Part shown: positions 40,936 to 50,840 of the stretch, piece by piece | How positions within the stretch are numbered: the first letter of the stretch is position 1 | Layout: every line of letters begins with the position of its first letter | NCBI GenBank assembly: GCA_045597865.1 | Contig: JAZLKX010000040.1 | Span: forward strand, 13,473 to 77,472 | Origin: Bacilli bacterium | GTDB taxonomy: Bacteria; Bacillota_I; Bacilli_A; RFN20; CAG-826 | Direction of reading: 5' to 3' | DNA length: 64,000 nt | Position numbers and translations under genes: made by a program | Notes under the pieces: model-generated | The model's database searches: none | What the model saw: only the letters and a program-made list of their open reading frames with translations | What the model was told of the DNA's origin: nothing

Positions 40936-43566
40936 TTATTTTCTGTGTTTAATTGCAGCTTGAGCAGCAGCTAAACGTGCAACTGGAACACGGAATGGTG
41001 AACATGAGACATAGTCGAGTCCTGCTCTGTGGTAGAAGTCGATTGAGTTTGGTTCACCACCAGTTTCACCACAAACACCAATGTGGAGATCCTTACGTGT
41101 AGCACGGCCGAGTTTAACGGACATGTCAACGAGTTTACCAACACCGTTTTGATCGAGTGTCTTGAATGGATCTTCTTCAAAGATCTTGTTGCTGTAGTAA
41201 TCTGGTAAGAACTTAGCAGCGTCATCACGGCTGAAGCCGAATGTCATTTGTGTTAAGTCATTTGTACCAAATGAGAAGAATTCTGCTTCTTGAGCGATTT
41301 CATCTGAGAGCAATGCAGCTCTTGGGATTTCAATCATGGTACCAACATGATATTTCATGTTAACGCCAGCTTCTTTAATGAGCTTGTCTGCAACTTCGCA
41401 GATAATCTTCTTAACGAACTTAAGTTCTTTAACTTCGAGTACAAGTGGAATCATGATTTCTGGTTCAATTGCTTTACCAGTTCTCTTTGAAACTGCTAAT
41501 GCTGCCTTAATGATAGCATTTGTTTGCATTTCACAGATTTCTGGATATGAAACAGCTAATCTACATCCACGGTGACCCATCATTGGGTTGAATTCGTGTA
41601 AGTATTCGATACGATCTTTAACTTGTTGAACTGTTCTACCAGTTGCTTTAGCAAGTTCTGCAATCTTATCTTCTTCTTGTGGGAGGAATTCGTGTAGAGG
41701 TGGATCAAGTAAACGAACGTTTACATTGAATGGAAGCATTGCTTCATAGAGTGACTCGAAGTCTGCTTGTTGCATTGGTTCGAGTTCTGCTAATGCAGCA
41801 CGTCTTTCTTCTACAGTGTCCGCAAGAATCATCTTTCTCATAGAGAAGATTCTGTCCTTATCGAAGAACATATGTTCAGTACGGCATAAGCCAATACCTT
41901 CAGCGCCAAATTCTCTTGCTTGTTTTGCATCTCTTGGAGTATCGGCATTTGTACGAACTTTTAAGGTACGTGCTCTGTCGACCCAAGCCATTAATCTACC
42001 GAAGTAACCTGCTGTGAGGTCTGGCATAACCTTTGCGATTGAGCCAAGGTAGACTTTACCTGTTGAACCATCGAGTGATAATTCATCTTGGTCTGTGTAG
42101 ACTTTACCATTAATGGTAACTGTACGAGCTTCTTCATCAATGATAGCTTCTTTACAGCCACAGACACAGCACTTACCCATACCACGGGCAACAACGGCTG
42201 CGTGTGAAGTCATACCACCACGCATTGTGAGAACACCTTCTGCAGCGACCATACCAACGATGTCTTCTGGGGATGTTTCTGCACGAACAAGGACAACTTT
42301 TTCCTTATTTGCGTGACGTCTTTCAGCTTCTTCAGCTGTGAAGGCAATTTTACCAGTGCCTGCACCTGGACCTGCAGCTAAGCCTTGTGCGATTGGTTCA
42401 TGTTTTGTTAAGTCATCCTTATCAAATGCTGGTAAGAGAAGCTTATCAAATGATACTGGATCAATTCTTAAGACTGCTTCGTCTTCGCTGATTAATCCTT
42501 CATCGACTAAGTCACATGCAATCTTTAATGCGGCTGCTGGTGTACGTTTACCATTACGTGTTTGTAAGAAGTAGAGTTTACCTTCTTCGACGGTAAATTC
42601 CATATCTTGCATATCTCTGTAGTGGTGTTCCATCTTTTTGATGGTTTCAACGAATTGGTTGTAAACATCTGGCATTCTTGCCTTGAGTTCTTCAATATGA
42701 AGTGGGGTACGAATACCTGCGACAACGTCTTCGCCTTGTGCGTTTGGTAAATATTCTGCGGAAATAACTTTTTCACCTGTACCTGGGTTACGTGAGAATG
42801 CAACACCTGTACCTGATGTTTCGCCTTTGTTACCGAAGGCCATTGATTGAACGTTAACAGCGGTTCCCCATGAATATGGGATTGAGTTCATCATACGATA
42901 AACGTTTGCTCTTGGGTTATCCCAGGAACGGAAGACTGCTGTAACAGCTTCAAGTAATTGAACTTTTGGATCTGATGGGAATTCTTCACCAAATGTTTTC
43001 TTGTAGTAAGCTTTATAAGCTTTGACGAGATCTTTTAATTGATCTGCAGTAACTTCTGTATCGAGTTTGTAGCCATTCTTTTCTTTGAGCTCATCAAGCA
43101 TCTTATCCATTTCGGTTCTTGGATGACCTTTGGCGATGTTTGTAAACATAAGAATGAAACGACGATAGCTATCAAATGCGAATCTTTCGTTACCAGTTTC
43201 TCTTGCTAAGGCTGCGACAGTAACATCATTTAAACCTAAGTTTAAGATGGTATCCATCATACCTGGCATGGAAACTCTTGCGCCTGAACGGACAGAGACT
43301 AAGAGTGGGTTATGATCTCCACCGAAGTTTTTGCCTGTTTCTTTTTCAACTTCTTTGATGTGAGCATAAATGTCTTCAACGATGTCATCTGGTAATTTTT
43401 TACCTGAATCATAGTAGAGATTACATGCTTCTGTTGTGATGGTAAATCCTTGTGGAATTGGAACTCCAATGCTGGTCATTTCCGCAAGACCGGCACCTTT
43501 ACCACCTAACAACTCTTTGCCTAAACCATGGGCTTCTTTGAAGTTGTAGATGTATTTCTTTGCCAT
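40936..43566 (-). CDS. ppdK: Pyruvate, phosphate dikinase
   Basis: LGGKGAGL, SVRSGA..SMPGMMDT, GGMTSHAAVVAR, GLCRTEHM and FSFGTNDLTQ motifs. Start reassigned to ATG 43566 (SD AGGAGG). Confidence 0.97.
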   Translation of the reverse strand: MAKKYIYNFKEAHGLGKELLGGKGAGLAEMTSIGVPIPQGFTITTEACNLYYDSGKKLPDDIVEDIYAHIKEVEKETGKNFGGDHNPLLVSVRSGARVSMPGMMDTILNLGLNDVTVAALARETGNERFAFDSYRRFILMFTNIAKGHPRTEMDKMLDELKEKNGYKLDTEVTADQLKDLVKAYKAYYKKTFGEEFPSDPKVQLLEAVTAVFRSWDNPRANVYRMMNSIPYSWGTAVNVQSMAFGNKGETSGTGVAFSRNPGTGEKVISAEYLPNAQGEDVVAGIRTPLHIEELKARMPDVYNQFVETIKKMEHHYRDMQDMEFTVEEGKLYFLQTRNGKRTPAAALKIACDLVDEGLISEDEAVLRIDPVSFDKLLLPAFDKDDLTKHEPIAQGLAAGPGAGTGKIAFTAEEAERRHANKEKVVLVRAETSPEDIVGMVAAEGVLTMRGGMTSHAAVVARGMGKCCVCGCKEAIIDEEARTVTINGKVYTDQDELSLDGSTGKVYLGSIAKVMPDLTAGYFGRLMAWVDRARTLKVRTNADTPRDAKQAREFGAEGIGLCRTEHMFFDKDRIFSMRKMILADTVEERRAALAELEPMQQADFESLYEAMLPFNVNVRLLDPPLHEFLPQEEDKIAELAKATGRTVQQVKDRIEYLHEFNPMMGHRGCRLAVSYPEICEMQTNAIIKAALAVSKRTGKAIEPEIMIPLVLEVKELKFVKKIICEVADKLIKEAGVNMKYHVGTMIEIPRAALLSDEIAQEAEFFSFGTNDLTQMTFGFSRDDAAKFLPDYYSNKIFEEDPFKTLDQNGVGKLVDMSVKLGRATRKDLHIGVCGETGGEPNSIDFYHRAGLDYVSCSPFRVPVARLAAAQAAIKHRK

Positions 43567-43623
43567 ATTATTCCTCCTAAAGTGACAATAATATACGATG
43601 TGCTGAAATCGCACACGAATATG

Positions 43624-43680
43624 AGTATACACACATACGAGTGTAATCGCAAAGAAAAAATAATTGAAAAGCGGTTTCAA
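43624..43680 (-). promoter_or_regulatory. ppdK promoter plus upstream cre/LacI-like palindrome
   Basis: Minus strand TTGCGA-17-TATACT with TG extension (43652-43624). Palindrome TTGAAA-AGCGG-TTTCAA at 43664-43680. Confidence 0.6.
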
Positions 43681-43718
43681 AAAAGATTAAAATCTAAATA
43701 AATAGAGGCAGCAAACAT

Positions 43719-45281
43719 ATGAAAGAACCACTCATTCTTACCATAGATTTTGGTACGCAATCAGTCCGTGTTGGACTTATTAATAAAAAAGGCGACATAG
43801 TCGCCATGGAAAGAGTTAAGTATGAACCAGCATACCACTCACCGGTTGTTGGATACGCTGAACAAGATCCAGATTATTACTTCAATTCTCTTTGTACTTG
43901 TACTAAGAAAATTGCAAAAAATAATTCTGAATTAATGAGCGATGTTCTTGGAATCTCAATGTGTTTCTTTAGAGACTCTGTTGTTTGTTGTGATGAAAAC
44001 CTAAAACCTTTACGTCCTGCAATTCTTTGGTTAGACGAAAGAAGAGCAGAAGGAAAGGAAAAACTCCCTGCCCTTTCAAGAGCTATTTTTAAGCTCGTAG
44101 GAATGGGCCCAACTATTGAGCTCAATCGTAAGAGATCAATGGGAGTTTGGCTTAAGGAAAATCAACCAGATATTTGGAAAAATACGGCGAAATTCATGAT
44201 GATTTCCACATATATTACCTCGAAACTCGTTGGAGATTATGTCGATTGTGCATCATGTCAAGCAGGCCATTTACCTATCGATTTTAAGAGAGGACACTGG
44301 TACAAAAAAGACACTCATTTGAAAGGCCAAGTTTTCGGTGTTCCAAACAAAAAACTTTGTCGTTTAACCCAAGCTGGTGAAGTAATGGGAACTATCTCAA
44401 AAGAAGCTGCAGAAGCAACTGGATTACCTGCAGGTATGAAAATGTTTTCTGGTGGCTCTGATAAATCAGCTGAAACACTTGGACTTGGTGTTGTTAATGA
44501 TAAGATGGCTGCAGTTTCATATGGAACAGCATGTACAGTTGAAGTTCCAGTAAAAAAATATAGTGATGCTGAACCATTCCTCCCATCCTATCCTGACATC
44601 GTCAGCGGTTACGATATGGACGTTCAAGTCTATCGTGGTTATTGGATGTTAAATTGGTTTATTAAACAATTTGGTTGTGAAGGTCCAACAGTTGAGCAAA
44701 TTGTTGTCGACAGAAACATGATTCAATCATTTAATGATGAAATGGCCAAGATTGCTCCAGGATCTGACGGATTAGTCCTTCAACCATACTGGGGACCAGG
44801 CTTAAGAAGACCACTCGCCAAAGGCGCAATCATTGGATTTAGTGATGTTCACTCAAAAATTCATATGTATCGTGCAATTATTGAAGGCATTGGTTATTGT
44901 TTAAAAGAAGGTCTTGATTTATTTGAATCAAAACGTCTCCACCACAGAGTTGAAAAAATTAGAATTTCTGGAGGAGGATCACAAAGCGATGTTATTTGCC
45001 AAATTACTGCAGATATTTTTAATAGACCAGTCTCTAGAATTCAATCATTTGAATGTTCATCCTTAGGATGTGCTATGGCTGGATTCATTGCAGCAGGTGA
45101 ATTTAAAACAAAAGAAGAAGCTGCTGAAGCAATGGTTCATGAAAGCGTAGAATTTAAACCAAATCCAGAGAACGTTGAAAAGTATAGATACTTGTATGAG
45201 CATGCATACATGAAAATGTATCCAAACTTAAAAGGTATTTATAAAGACATCAAAGAATTTGATGATAAATATTTAAAATAA
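43719..45281 (+). CDS. FGGY family carbohydrate kinase
   Basis: IDFGTQSVR, EQDP, AILWLDERR, YRAIIEG and SGGGSQS motifs. Substrate not determinable. Confidence 0.9.
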   Translation: MKEPLILTIDFGTQSVRVGLINKKGDIVAMERVKYEPAYHSPVVGYAEQDPDYYFNSLCTCTKKIAKNNSELMSDVLGISMCFFRDSVVCCDENLKPLRPAILWLDERRAEGKEKLPALSRAIFKLVGMGPTIELNRKRSMGVWLKENQPDIWKNTAKFMMISTYITSKLVGDYVDCASCQAGHLPIDFKRGHWYKKDTHLKGQVFGVPNKKLCRLTQAGEVMGTISKEAAEATGLPAGMKMFSGGSDKSAETLGLGVVNDKMAAVSYGTACTVEVPVKKYSDAEPFLPSYPDIVSGYDMDVQVYRGYWMLNWFIKQFGCEGPTVEQIVVDRNMIQSFNDEMAKIAPGSDGLVLQPYWGPGLRRPLAKGAIIGFSDVHSKIHMYRAIIEGIGYCLKEGLDLFESKRLHHRVEKIRISGGGSQSDVICQITADIFNRPVSRIQSFECSSLGCAMAGFIAAGEFKTKEEAAEAMVHESVEFKPNPENVEKYRYLYEHAYMKMYPNLKGIYKDIKEFDDKYLK

Positions 45282-45839
45282 AACAGGCTTGCGAATAAGC
45301 TGCATTACATTTTCTAAAGAAGGCACCTTAATAACAGGGTGCTTTTCTTGTAAAAATGAAAGATAAATTCCTTTGAAAACAAAGAACAAAGTATTAACAA
45401 CATCAGCAGGTTCTCCTGCGATAATTTTGTTAGAATTTTGTCCTTCTTTTACGAGTTTTGTGAGCAACGAAAACAATGAATTTTTATCATCGTTTTTAAT
45501 GATTATATTTAGGTAACAAACATTCTCAAATTTTGCTTCTGAAACGTCTAATAAAACTGAAATAATTTCTTCAATTTTTTCGTAACTTGAGCCTTCATTT
45601 ATTGTGAAGAGTCTATTGTATAATTCAACATAAGTTGAACTTGTGAGCAATTTTTGGTAGATTTCATCGGAATTTTTGAAGTAGTGGTAAACAATTCCGT
45701 GAGAGCATTTTGCCTTGTTAGAAATCGCATCGATTGAGACCTTTTTTCCATTTAACGAAAACAGAGGAAGAGCAGCCTCTAAAATTGAGGTTAATCTCTC
45801 GTCTTTCATTTCAGAAAATTGTTCTCTAGTTCTCGGCAT
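45273..45839 (-). CDS. TetR/AcrR family transcriptional regulator
   Basis: MPRTREQF...ILEAALPLFS..G...SIDAI..KA.CS.G.VYHYF. Start reassigned to 45839. Confidence 0.85.
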   Translation of the reverse strand: MPRTREQFSEMKDERLTSILEAALPLFSLNGKKVSIDAISNKAKCSHGIVYHYFKNSDEIYQKLLTSSTYVELYNRLFTINEGSSYEKIEEIISVLLDVSEAKFENVCYLNIIIKNDDKNSLFSLLTKLVKEGQNSNKIIAGEPADVVNTLFFVFKGIYLSFLQEKHPVIKVPSLENVMQLIRKPVLF

Positions 45840-46743
45840 CTTCTTCAAATCCTGGATGATTTCTAACGTATTTAACAAACATGTATCCAGCTACAATTCC
45901 AAGAATTAGTAAAACTGGACCACCAATTTCATCAATTAAATCAAAATGACCACTCTTTGTGATGTAGTCAAACATTTTTGAATTAACAAAAACAGCAATT
46001 AATGAACCAATAATCATTCCAATTGAAGCGTAATATGTTCCAATTTTATGTGTTCTTAAGAAGTGGTTCATAACTGCAGAGAAGAAAATAAAACCTGCTA
46101 ATGCACCAACAAAGAATGTTCCAAGAAGCCCAAGTGAGGTTCCAACATTTTGGAATTTGAATAAGCCAAGAATTGGTTCATAAAAACATAAAACGAGGAG
46201 TAACATTGAACCAGAAAATCCTGGAACAATAAGTCCTGCAGCTGAAACAAAACCAACTGCCAAAATGATCAAATACAAGTAAAAAGGAACTTGTTCAAAA
46301 AGATCATTAATTATGGAATTTGTGCCGAAAATCACCGATAAAACCCCAATAAGTGCGGTTAAAACAAAGAACACAATAAACGAAATAATGTATCGTTTTC
46401 TACGTGGTTCGCCTTTGACTTTATCGGTAACACTCGGAAGAGATCCAATGATTAAACCAGCGAATAAACAGACAATAGCAAACGCTGCATATTCCATGGC
46501 AAGATTGAGTGGATAAACAAGTGCAGCAACAGCTAAAAGCGCGCCAATTCCGAATGGTAATAGAATGATGAGATTTCTGAAAAAGTTTTTGGTAAACAAC
46601 TTGGCAACAGCATTAACAACTTTTTTGTAAGCCCCAGCAACAAGAAGAATTGTTCCACCTGCGATTCCAGGAATAATTGCGCCCATACCAAAAGCAAGTC
46701 CTATGAGACCGTCTTTTATAGGAGTAGGCATTTTCTTTTTCAT
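45826..46743 (-). CDS. DUF368 family membrane protein
   Basis: Two IPG.(A/S)G motifs (IIPGIAGGT, IVPGFSGS) and many TM helices. Start is uncertain (46752, 46743 or 46731). Confidence 0.85.
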   Translation of the reverse strand: MKKKMPTPIKDGLIGLAFGMGAIIPGIAGGTILLVAGAYKKVVNAVAKLFTKNFFRNLIILLPFGIGALLAVAALVYPLNLAMEYAAFAIVCLFAGLIIGSLPSVTDKVKGEPRRKRYIISFIVFFVLTALIGVLSVIFGTNSIINDLFEQVPFYLYLIILAVGFVSAAGLIVPGFSGSMLLLVLCFYEPILGLFKFQNVGTSLGLLGTFFVGALAGFIFFSAVMNHFLRTHKIGTYYASIGMIIGSLIAVFVNSKMFDYITKSGHFDLIDEIGGPVLLILGIVAGYMFVKYVRNHPGFEEDAEN

Positions 46744-46794
46744 GTGAAACATTTTAACACATAATAATGGATTGTGATATAATCAAATGCAATT

Positions 46795-47361
46795 ATGAAA
46801 CTTATTGTTGGTTTAGGTAATCCAGGTAAAGAATACGCAATGACTCGACACAATTGCGGTTTTCGTGTTGTAGATGCTTTTGCTGATGCAACTGGTGTTG
46901 ACATTGATAAGGAAGATTTTCATGGTATCTATGGAAAATTTAAATTAAACGATGAAGATGTTATTTTATTCAAACCATTAACAATGATGAATTTATCAGG
47001 AACTGCAGTTTATGAAATTGTTAAATTCTTTAAAATTCACAGAGAAGACATTGTTGTCATCTATGATGACATGGCTATTGAACCAGGCGCTCTTAGATTA
47101 AGAGCAAGTGGATCAAGTGGCGGCCAAAAAGGTATGGAAAATATCATTAAATGTTTAGCTACTGAAAACATCAAACGCATTCGTATTGGCATCGGTGAAC
47201 CAAAATATGATGCTATTAAGCATGTTTTAGGTGAAGCAACTGGAGATGACAAAGTTAAAATAGACTCTGCTATAGATCGCGCAACAAAAGCTATACGCGA
47301 ATTTTTGATAAATGATTTTCAAAACGCTATGTCTAAATTTAATGGAGGTGGTAATAGTTGA
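46795..47361 (+). CDS. pth: Peptidyl-tRNA hydrolase
   Basis: LIVGLGNPG.EY..TRHN.GF, KPLT.MNLSG and RIRIGIG motifs. Confidence 0.96.
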   Translation: MKLIVGLGNPGKEYAMTRHNCGFRVVDAFADATGVDIDKEDFHGIYGKFKLNDEDVILFKPLTMMNLSGTAVYEIVKFFKIHREDIVVIYDDMAIEPGALRLRASGSSGGQKGMENIIKCLATENIKRIRIGIGEPKYDAIKHVLGEATGDDKVKIDSAIDRATKAIREFLINDFQNAMSKFNGGGNS

Positions 47362-50300
47362 ATGATGAACTCTTAAAACTTATTTCCAATTCTGAAGCTG
47401 CTACCCACCTCATTTCCAAAAGTGGGCAATTTGTCGTGGACGATACCATTGGAATTTCCCTGCTTTTCGCGGGTATTTTCAGCAAAAAGCCTGGGAAATA
47501 CCTACTTTTAACATCAAATCTCTATACTGCTCAAAAGGTGTCTGATATCATCGCATCACTCATTGGAGAGGATAATGTTTATCTATTCCCAGTTGATGAT
47601 ATGTTGAGAAACGAAAGCCTTTCCTCATCAAAAGAATTGCTTGCTCAAAGATTGTACGTTCTAACAAAAGCACTAGAAGACAAACCAAAAATTATTGTCA
47701 CCCATGCTTCAGCTCTAATTACACCACTACCAACTGTTAGTGATTTTTTATCAAACACATTTTTCTTTGAAAAAGATAAAGATTACAACTTAACAGAAGT
47801 TAAAAAGAAATTAGTCCAAGCAGGTTATGAGCAAGTCAATAAAATTGATCAAACTTTGCAATTTGCATCTCGTGGAGATATTTTAGATATTTATCCTGTG
47901 TCACAGGATAATCCTATTAGAATAGAATTCTTTGGAGACACAGTTGAATCGATTTCGTATTTTAATATTTCAAGCCAGACATCAATCAAACAAATTGAAT
48001 CAATTAAATTTGAACCTGCAAATGATGTTTTATTCACAGATTTAGAAATTGGAGAGTTTAAAGACAATCTTGATAAGCAAATTGTAAAAGATAAGCAAAA
48101 TTTATCTCCTGATTTAGCAAAATATTTGGAACAAAACGCTTACAACGATTATGAGAGAATTCAGAATCGTGTTTATCACCCTCATTTGTATAAATTTACC
48201 AGGTACATTAAACACTTTACTAATTCAATTTGTGACTACTTCAAAGCCGATCTTACTTTCATTTCAAACAAGAATCAATTCGACACTACAATTGACTTCA
48301 TTACCAAGGAAGCTAAGAGCTATTTTTCCGAATTAAATGAAGGTGGAAAATTGATGACTCACCTCGAGTTATACAGCGATGTTAAAGATGTTCTAAAATT
48401 TGAAAAACACCTGGTTTTCTCGACTAATTTCCGCGAAAATCCCGAACAAATTGAGTTTAAGACCAATCCAATTATTTTCTCAAAAGCCAATTCATCTAAC
48501 CTTCAAATTATCTTAAATCAGTACCTCTCAACTTCTGAAAAAATCGTACTCGCACTTTCAAATAAACAACAGTATGACACCGTTGTAGAATTCTTAAAAT
48601 CTGAGAAAGTTCCATACGATGCACTTAAAGGTTTAGAGATTCCAACTAAGAAAATCGGCGTTTCTATTTTTTCACTTGAAGAAGGGTTTGAATTACCTGA
48701 CGGAAAAATTGTTTTTGTATCTTCAAAAGAGCTATTTGGATTCCAAAATAGAGCATCAAGATTTTTGAATAGATTTAAAGAGGCTACAATCTTAAGAAAT
48801 TACGAAGAATTAAAGCCTGGAGACTTTGTTGTTCATGAATATTACGGAATTGGTAAGTTCATTGATATTGAAACAATTGAAGTTGACGGCATTCATAGAG
48901 ATTTTATTAAGGTTCAATATTCCGGAACCAGTGTTTTATTTATCCCGCTCACTCAATTTAGATTACTTCGTAAATATTCTGGAAGAGAAGGCGCTGAGCC
49001 AAAGCTTTCTAATTTAAATTCTGATGACTGGGAAAAAACTAAATCAAAAATTAAGACTAGAATCAATGAATTGGCAGATAGATTATATGCATTATATAGC
49101 GAAAGAGCACACGGAAAAGGCTTTGCCTTTTTGCCAGATGATGAGCTACAAGAATCATTTGAAAAAGAATTCCCATATCAATTGACTTATGATCAAGAAC
49201 AAGCTGTTCAAGATATTAAGAAAGATATGGAGTCAAATGATGTTATGGATCGTTTGCTATGTGGTGATGTTGGCTTCGGTAAAACCGAAGTTGCCTTTAG
49301 AGCGGTCTTTAAAGCAATCTCCTCTGGTAAACAAGTTGCAATTTTGTGCCCAACTACCCTACTTTCAAGACAACATTATGAGCTTGCATGTGAAAGATTT
49401 AGAAATTTTGGTGTAAATATAGCAGTTATTTCTAGATTGGTCTCTGAAAAACAGCAAAAAGAATATTTTAAGGATATAAAGGAAGGAAAAATTCACTTAG
49501 TTATCGGTACTCATCGATTATTAAGTAAAGATTTTGAATTTAAAGACCTTGGTTTATTGGTTGTTGATGAGGAACAAAGATTTGGAGTCGAGCAAAAAGA
49601 AAGAATAAAAGAGATGAAGACAAATATTGATGTTCTATCTTTATCTGCAACTCCAATTCCAAGAACATTACAGCTATCTTTAATTGGCGTTAGACCAGTT
49701 TCACAAATTAACACTCCACCAGAGAATAGATCATCAATTCAGACCTATGTTACACCATTTAATGAAGGTGTTGTTAGAGAACTAATTGAGCGAGAATTAA
49801 CGCGAAAAGGCCAGGTTTTTTACATACATAACGTAGTTTCTTCAATTCATTTGGTTGCAAATAGAATCAGCAGACAAATCCCTTCTGCGAATGTTGGAGT
49901 TGTTCATGGACAGATGTCGAAAGATGAGATTGAAGATGTCATGATGAGATTCTATTCTGGTGAAGTTAATGTCTTAGTTGCAACATCTATTATTGAGAAC
50001 GGAATTGATATTCCAAACGCAAATTTAATCATTGTCGAGAACGCTGATCACTTTGGTTTGTCTCAACTTTACCAAATTAAGGGAAGAGTTGGACGTGGAA
50101 GTCGAATTGCATACGCTTATTTGTTCTATAATGAGCAAAAAACGTTAAATAAAGCAGCCCAAAAGAGATTAAAAGCCATTCAAGACTTTGCTCAATTGGG
50201 TTCCGGATACAAAATTGCACAAAGAGACCTTATGATTCGTGGTGCAGGCGACATTTTAGGACCTGAACAAGCTGGCTTTATTGACTCTGTTGGTCTTGAA

Positions 50301-50840
50301 TTATACCTCAAACTTTTGAACGAAGTTATAGAGGAGAAAAAGACTGGAAAAGCATACGAACCACCTAAGCCTGTCAAACTCTTTAAAATCGATGCTTACA
50401 TACCTGATTCTTACATGATAAAAGAGGATAAAGTTGAGCTCTATCAAGAACTTGAAAATGCCAAAAATATCCAGGAATTGCAGGGAATTAAGGCTAAAAT
50501 CCGCGATATTTATGGAAAAATTCCACATGAAGTTATGCTCTTAATTAACAAGAGAAGAATAGATATGTTGATGAACAATGAAGAGTTCGAAAATGTGAAT
50601 GAATATCCAAATGAAATTGAGATAGTTTTATCGAACAATTTTTCAAGCATTTCTGGAATTGGATCAGCATTATTTGAGATGCTAACCCCATATCTCAGTA
50701 AGATTAATGTAACCTATCTCAATAAAGTTTTAAAAATTAGACTCAAAAAGATCGATAACTGGGTGAAAGACCTTGAAACTATCATTGAATGCATTGTTGC
50801 ACTTTATAAAAAATATAATAAGAAGGCGAAAAATGGTTAA
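47358..50840 (+). CDS. mfd: Transcription-repair coupling factor
   Basis: UvrB-like N-terminus, GDVGFGKTEVA, DEEQRFGV, SATPIPRTL and QIKGRVGR motifs. TTG start. Confidence 0.96.
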   Translation: MNDELLKLISNSEAATHLISKSGQFVVDDTIGISLLFAGIFSKKPGKYLLLTSNLYTAQKVSDIIASLIGEDNVYLFPVDDMLRNESLSSSKELLAQRLYVLTKALEDKPKIIVTHASALITPLPTVSDFLSNTFFFEKDKDYNLTEVKKKLVQAGYEQVNKIDQTLQFASRGDILDIYPVSQDNPIRIEFFGDTVESISYFNISSQTSIKQIESIKFEPANDVLFTDLEIGEFKDNLDKQIVKDKQNLSPDLAKYLEQNAYNDYERIQNRVYHPHLYKFTRYIKHFTNSICDYFKADLTFISNKNQFDTTIDFITKEAKSYFSELNEGGKLMTHLELYSDVKDVLKFEKHLVFSTNFRENPEQIEFKTNPIIFSKANSSNLQIILNQYLSTSEKIVLALSNKQQYDTVVEFLKSEKVPYDALKGLEIPTKKIGVSIFSLEEGFELPDGKIVFVSSKELFGFQNRASRFLNRFKEATILRNYEELKPGDFVVHEYYGIGKFIDIETIEVDGIHRDFIKVQYSGTSVLFIPLTQFRLLRKYSGREGAEPKLSNLNSDDWEKTKSKIKTRINELADRLYALYSERAHGKGFAFLPDDELQESFEKEFPYQLTYDQEQAVQDIKKDMESNDVMDRLLCGDVGFGKTEVAFRAVFKAISSGKQVAILCPTTLLSRQHYELACERFRNFGVNIAVISRLVSEKQQKEYFKDIKEGKIHLVIGTHRLLSKDFEFKDLGLLVVDEEQRFGVEQKERIKEMKTNIDVLSLSATPIPRTLQLSLIGVRPVSQINTPPENRSSIQTYVTPFNEGVVRELIERELTRKGQVFYIHNVVSSIHLVANRISRQIPSANVGVVHGQMSKDEIEDVMMRFYSGEVNVLVATSIIENGIDIPNANLIIVENADHFGLSQLYQIKGRVGRGSRIAYAYLFYNEQKTLNKAAQKRLKAIQDFAQLGSGYKIAQRDLMIRGAGDILGPEQAGFIDSVGLELYLKLLNEVIEEKKTGKAYEPPKPVKLFKIDAYIPDSYMIKEDKVELYQELENAKNIQELQGIKAKIRDIYGKIPHEVMLLINKRRIDMLMNNEEFENVNEYPNEIEIVLSNNFSSISGIGSALFEMLTPYLSKINVTYLNKVLKIRLKKIDNWVKDLETIIECIVALYKKYNKKAKNG

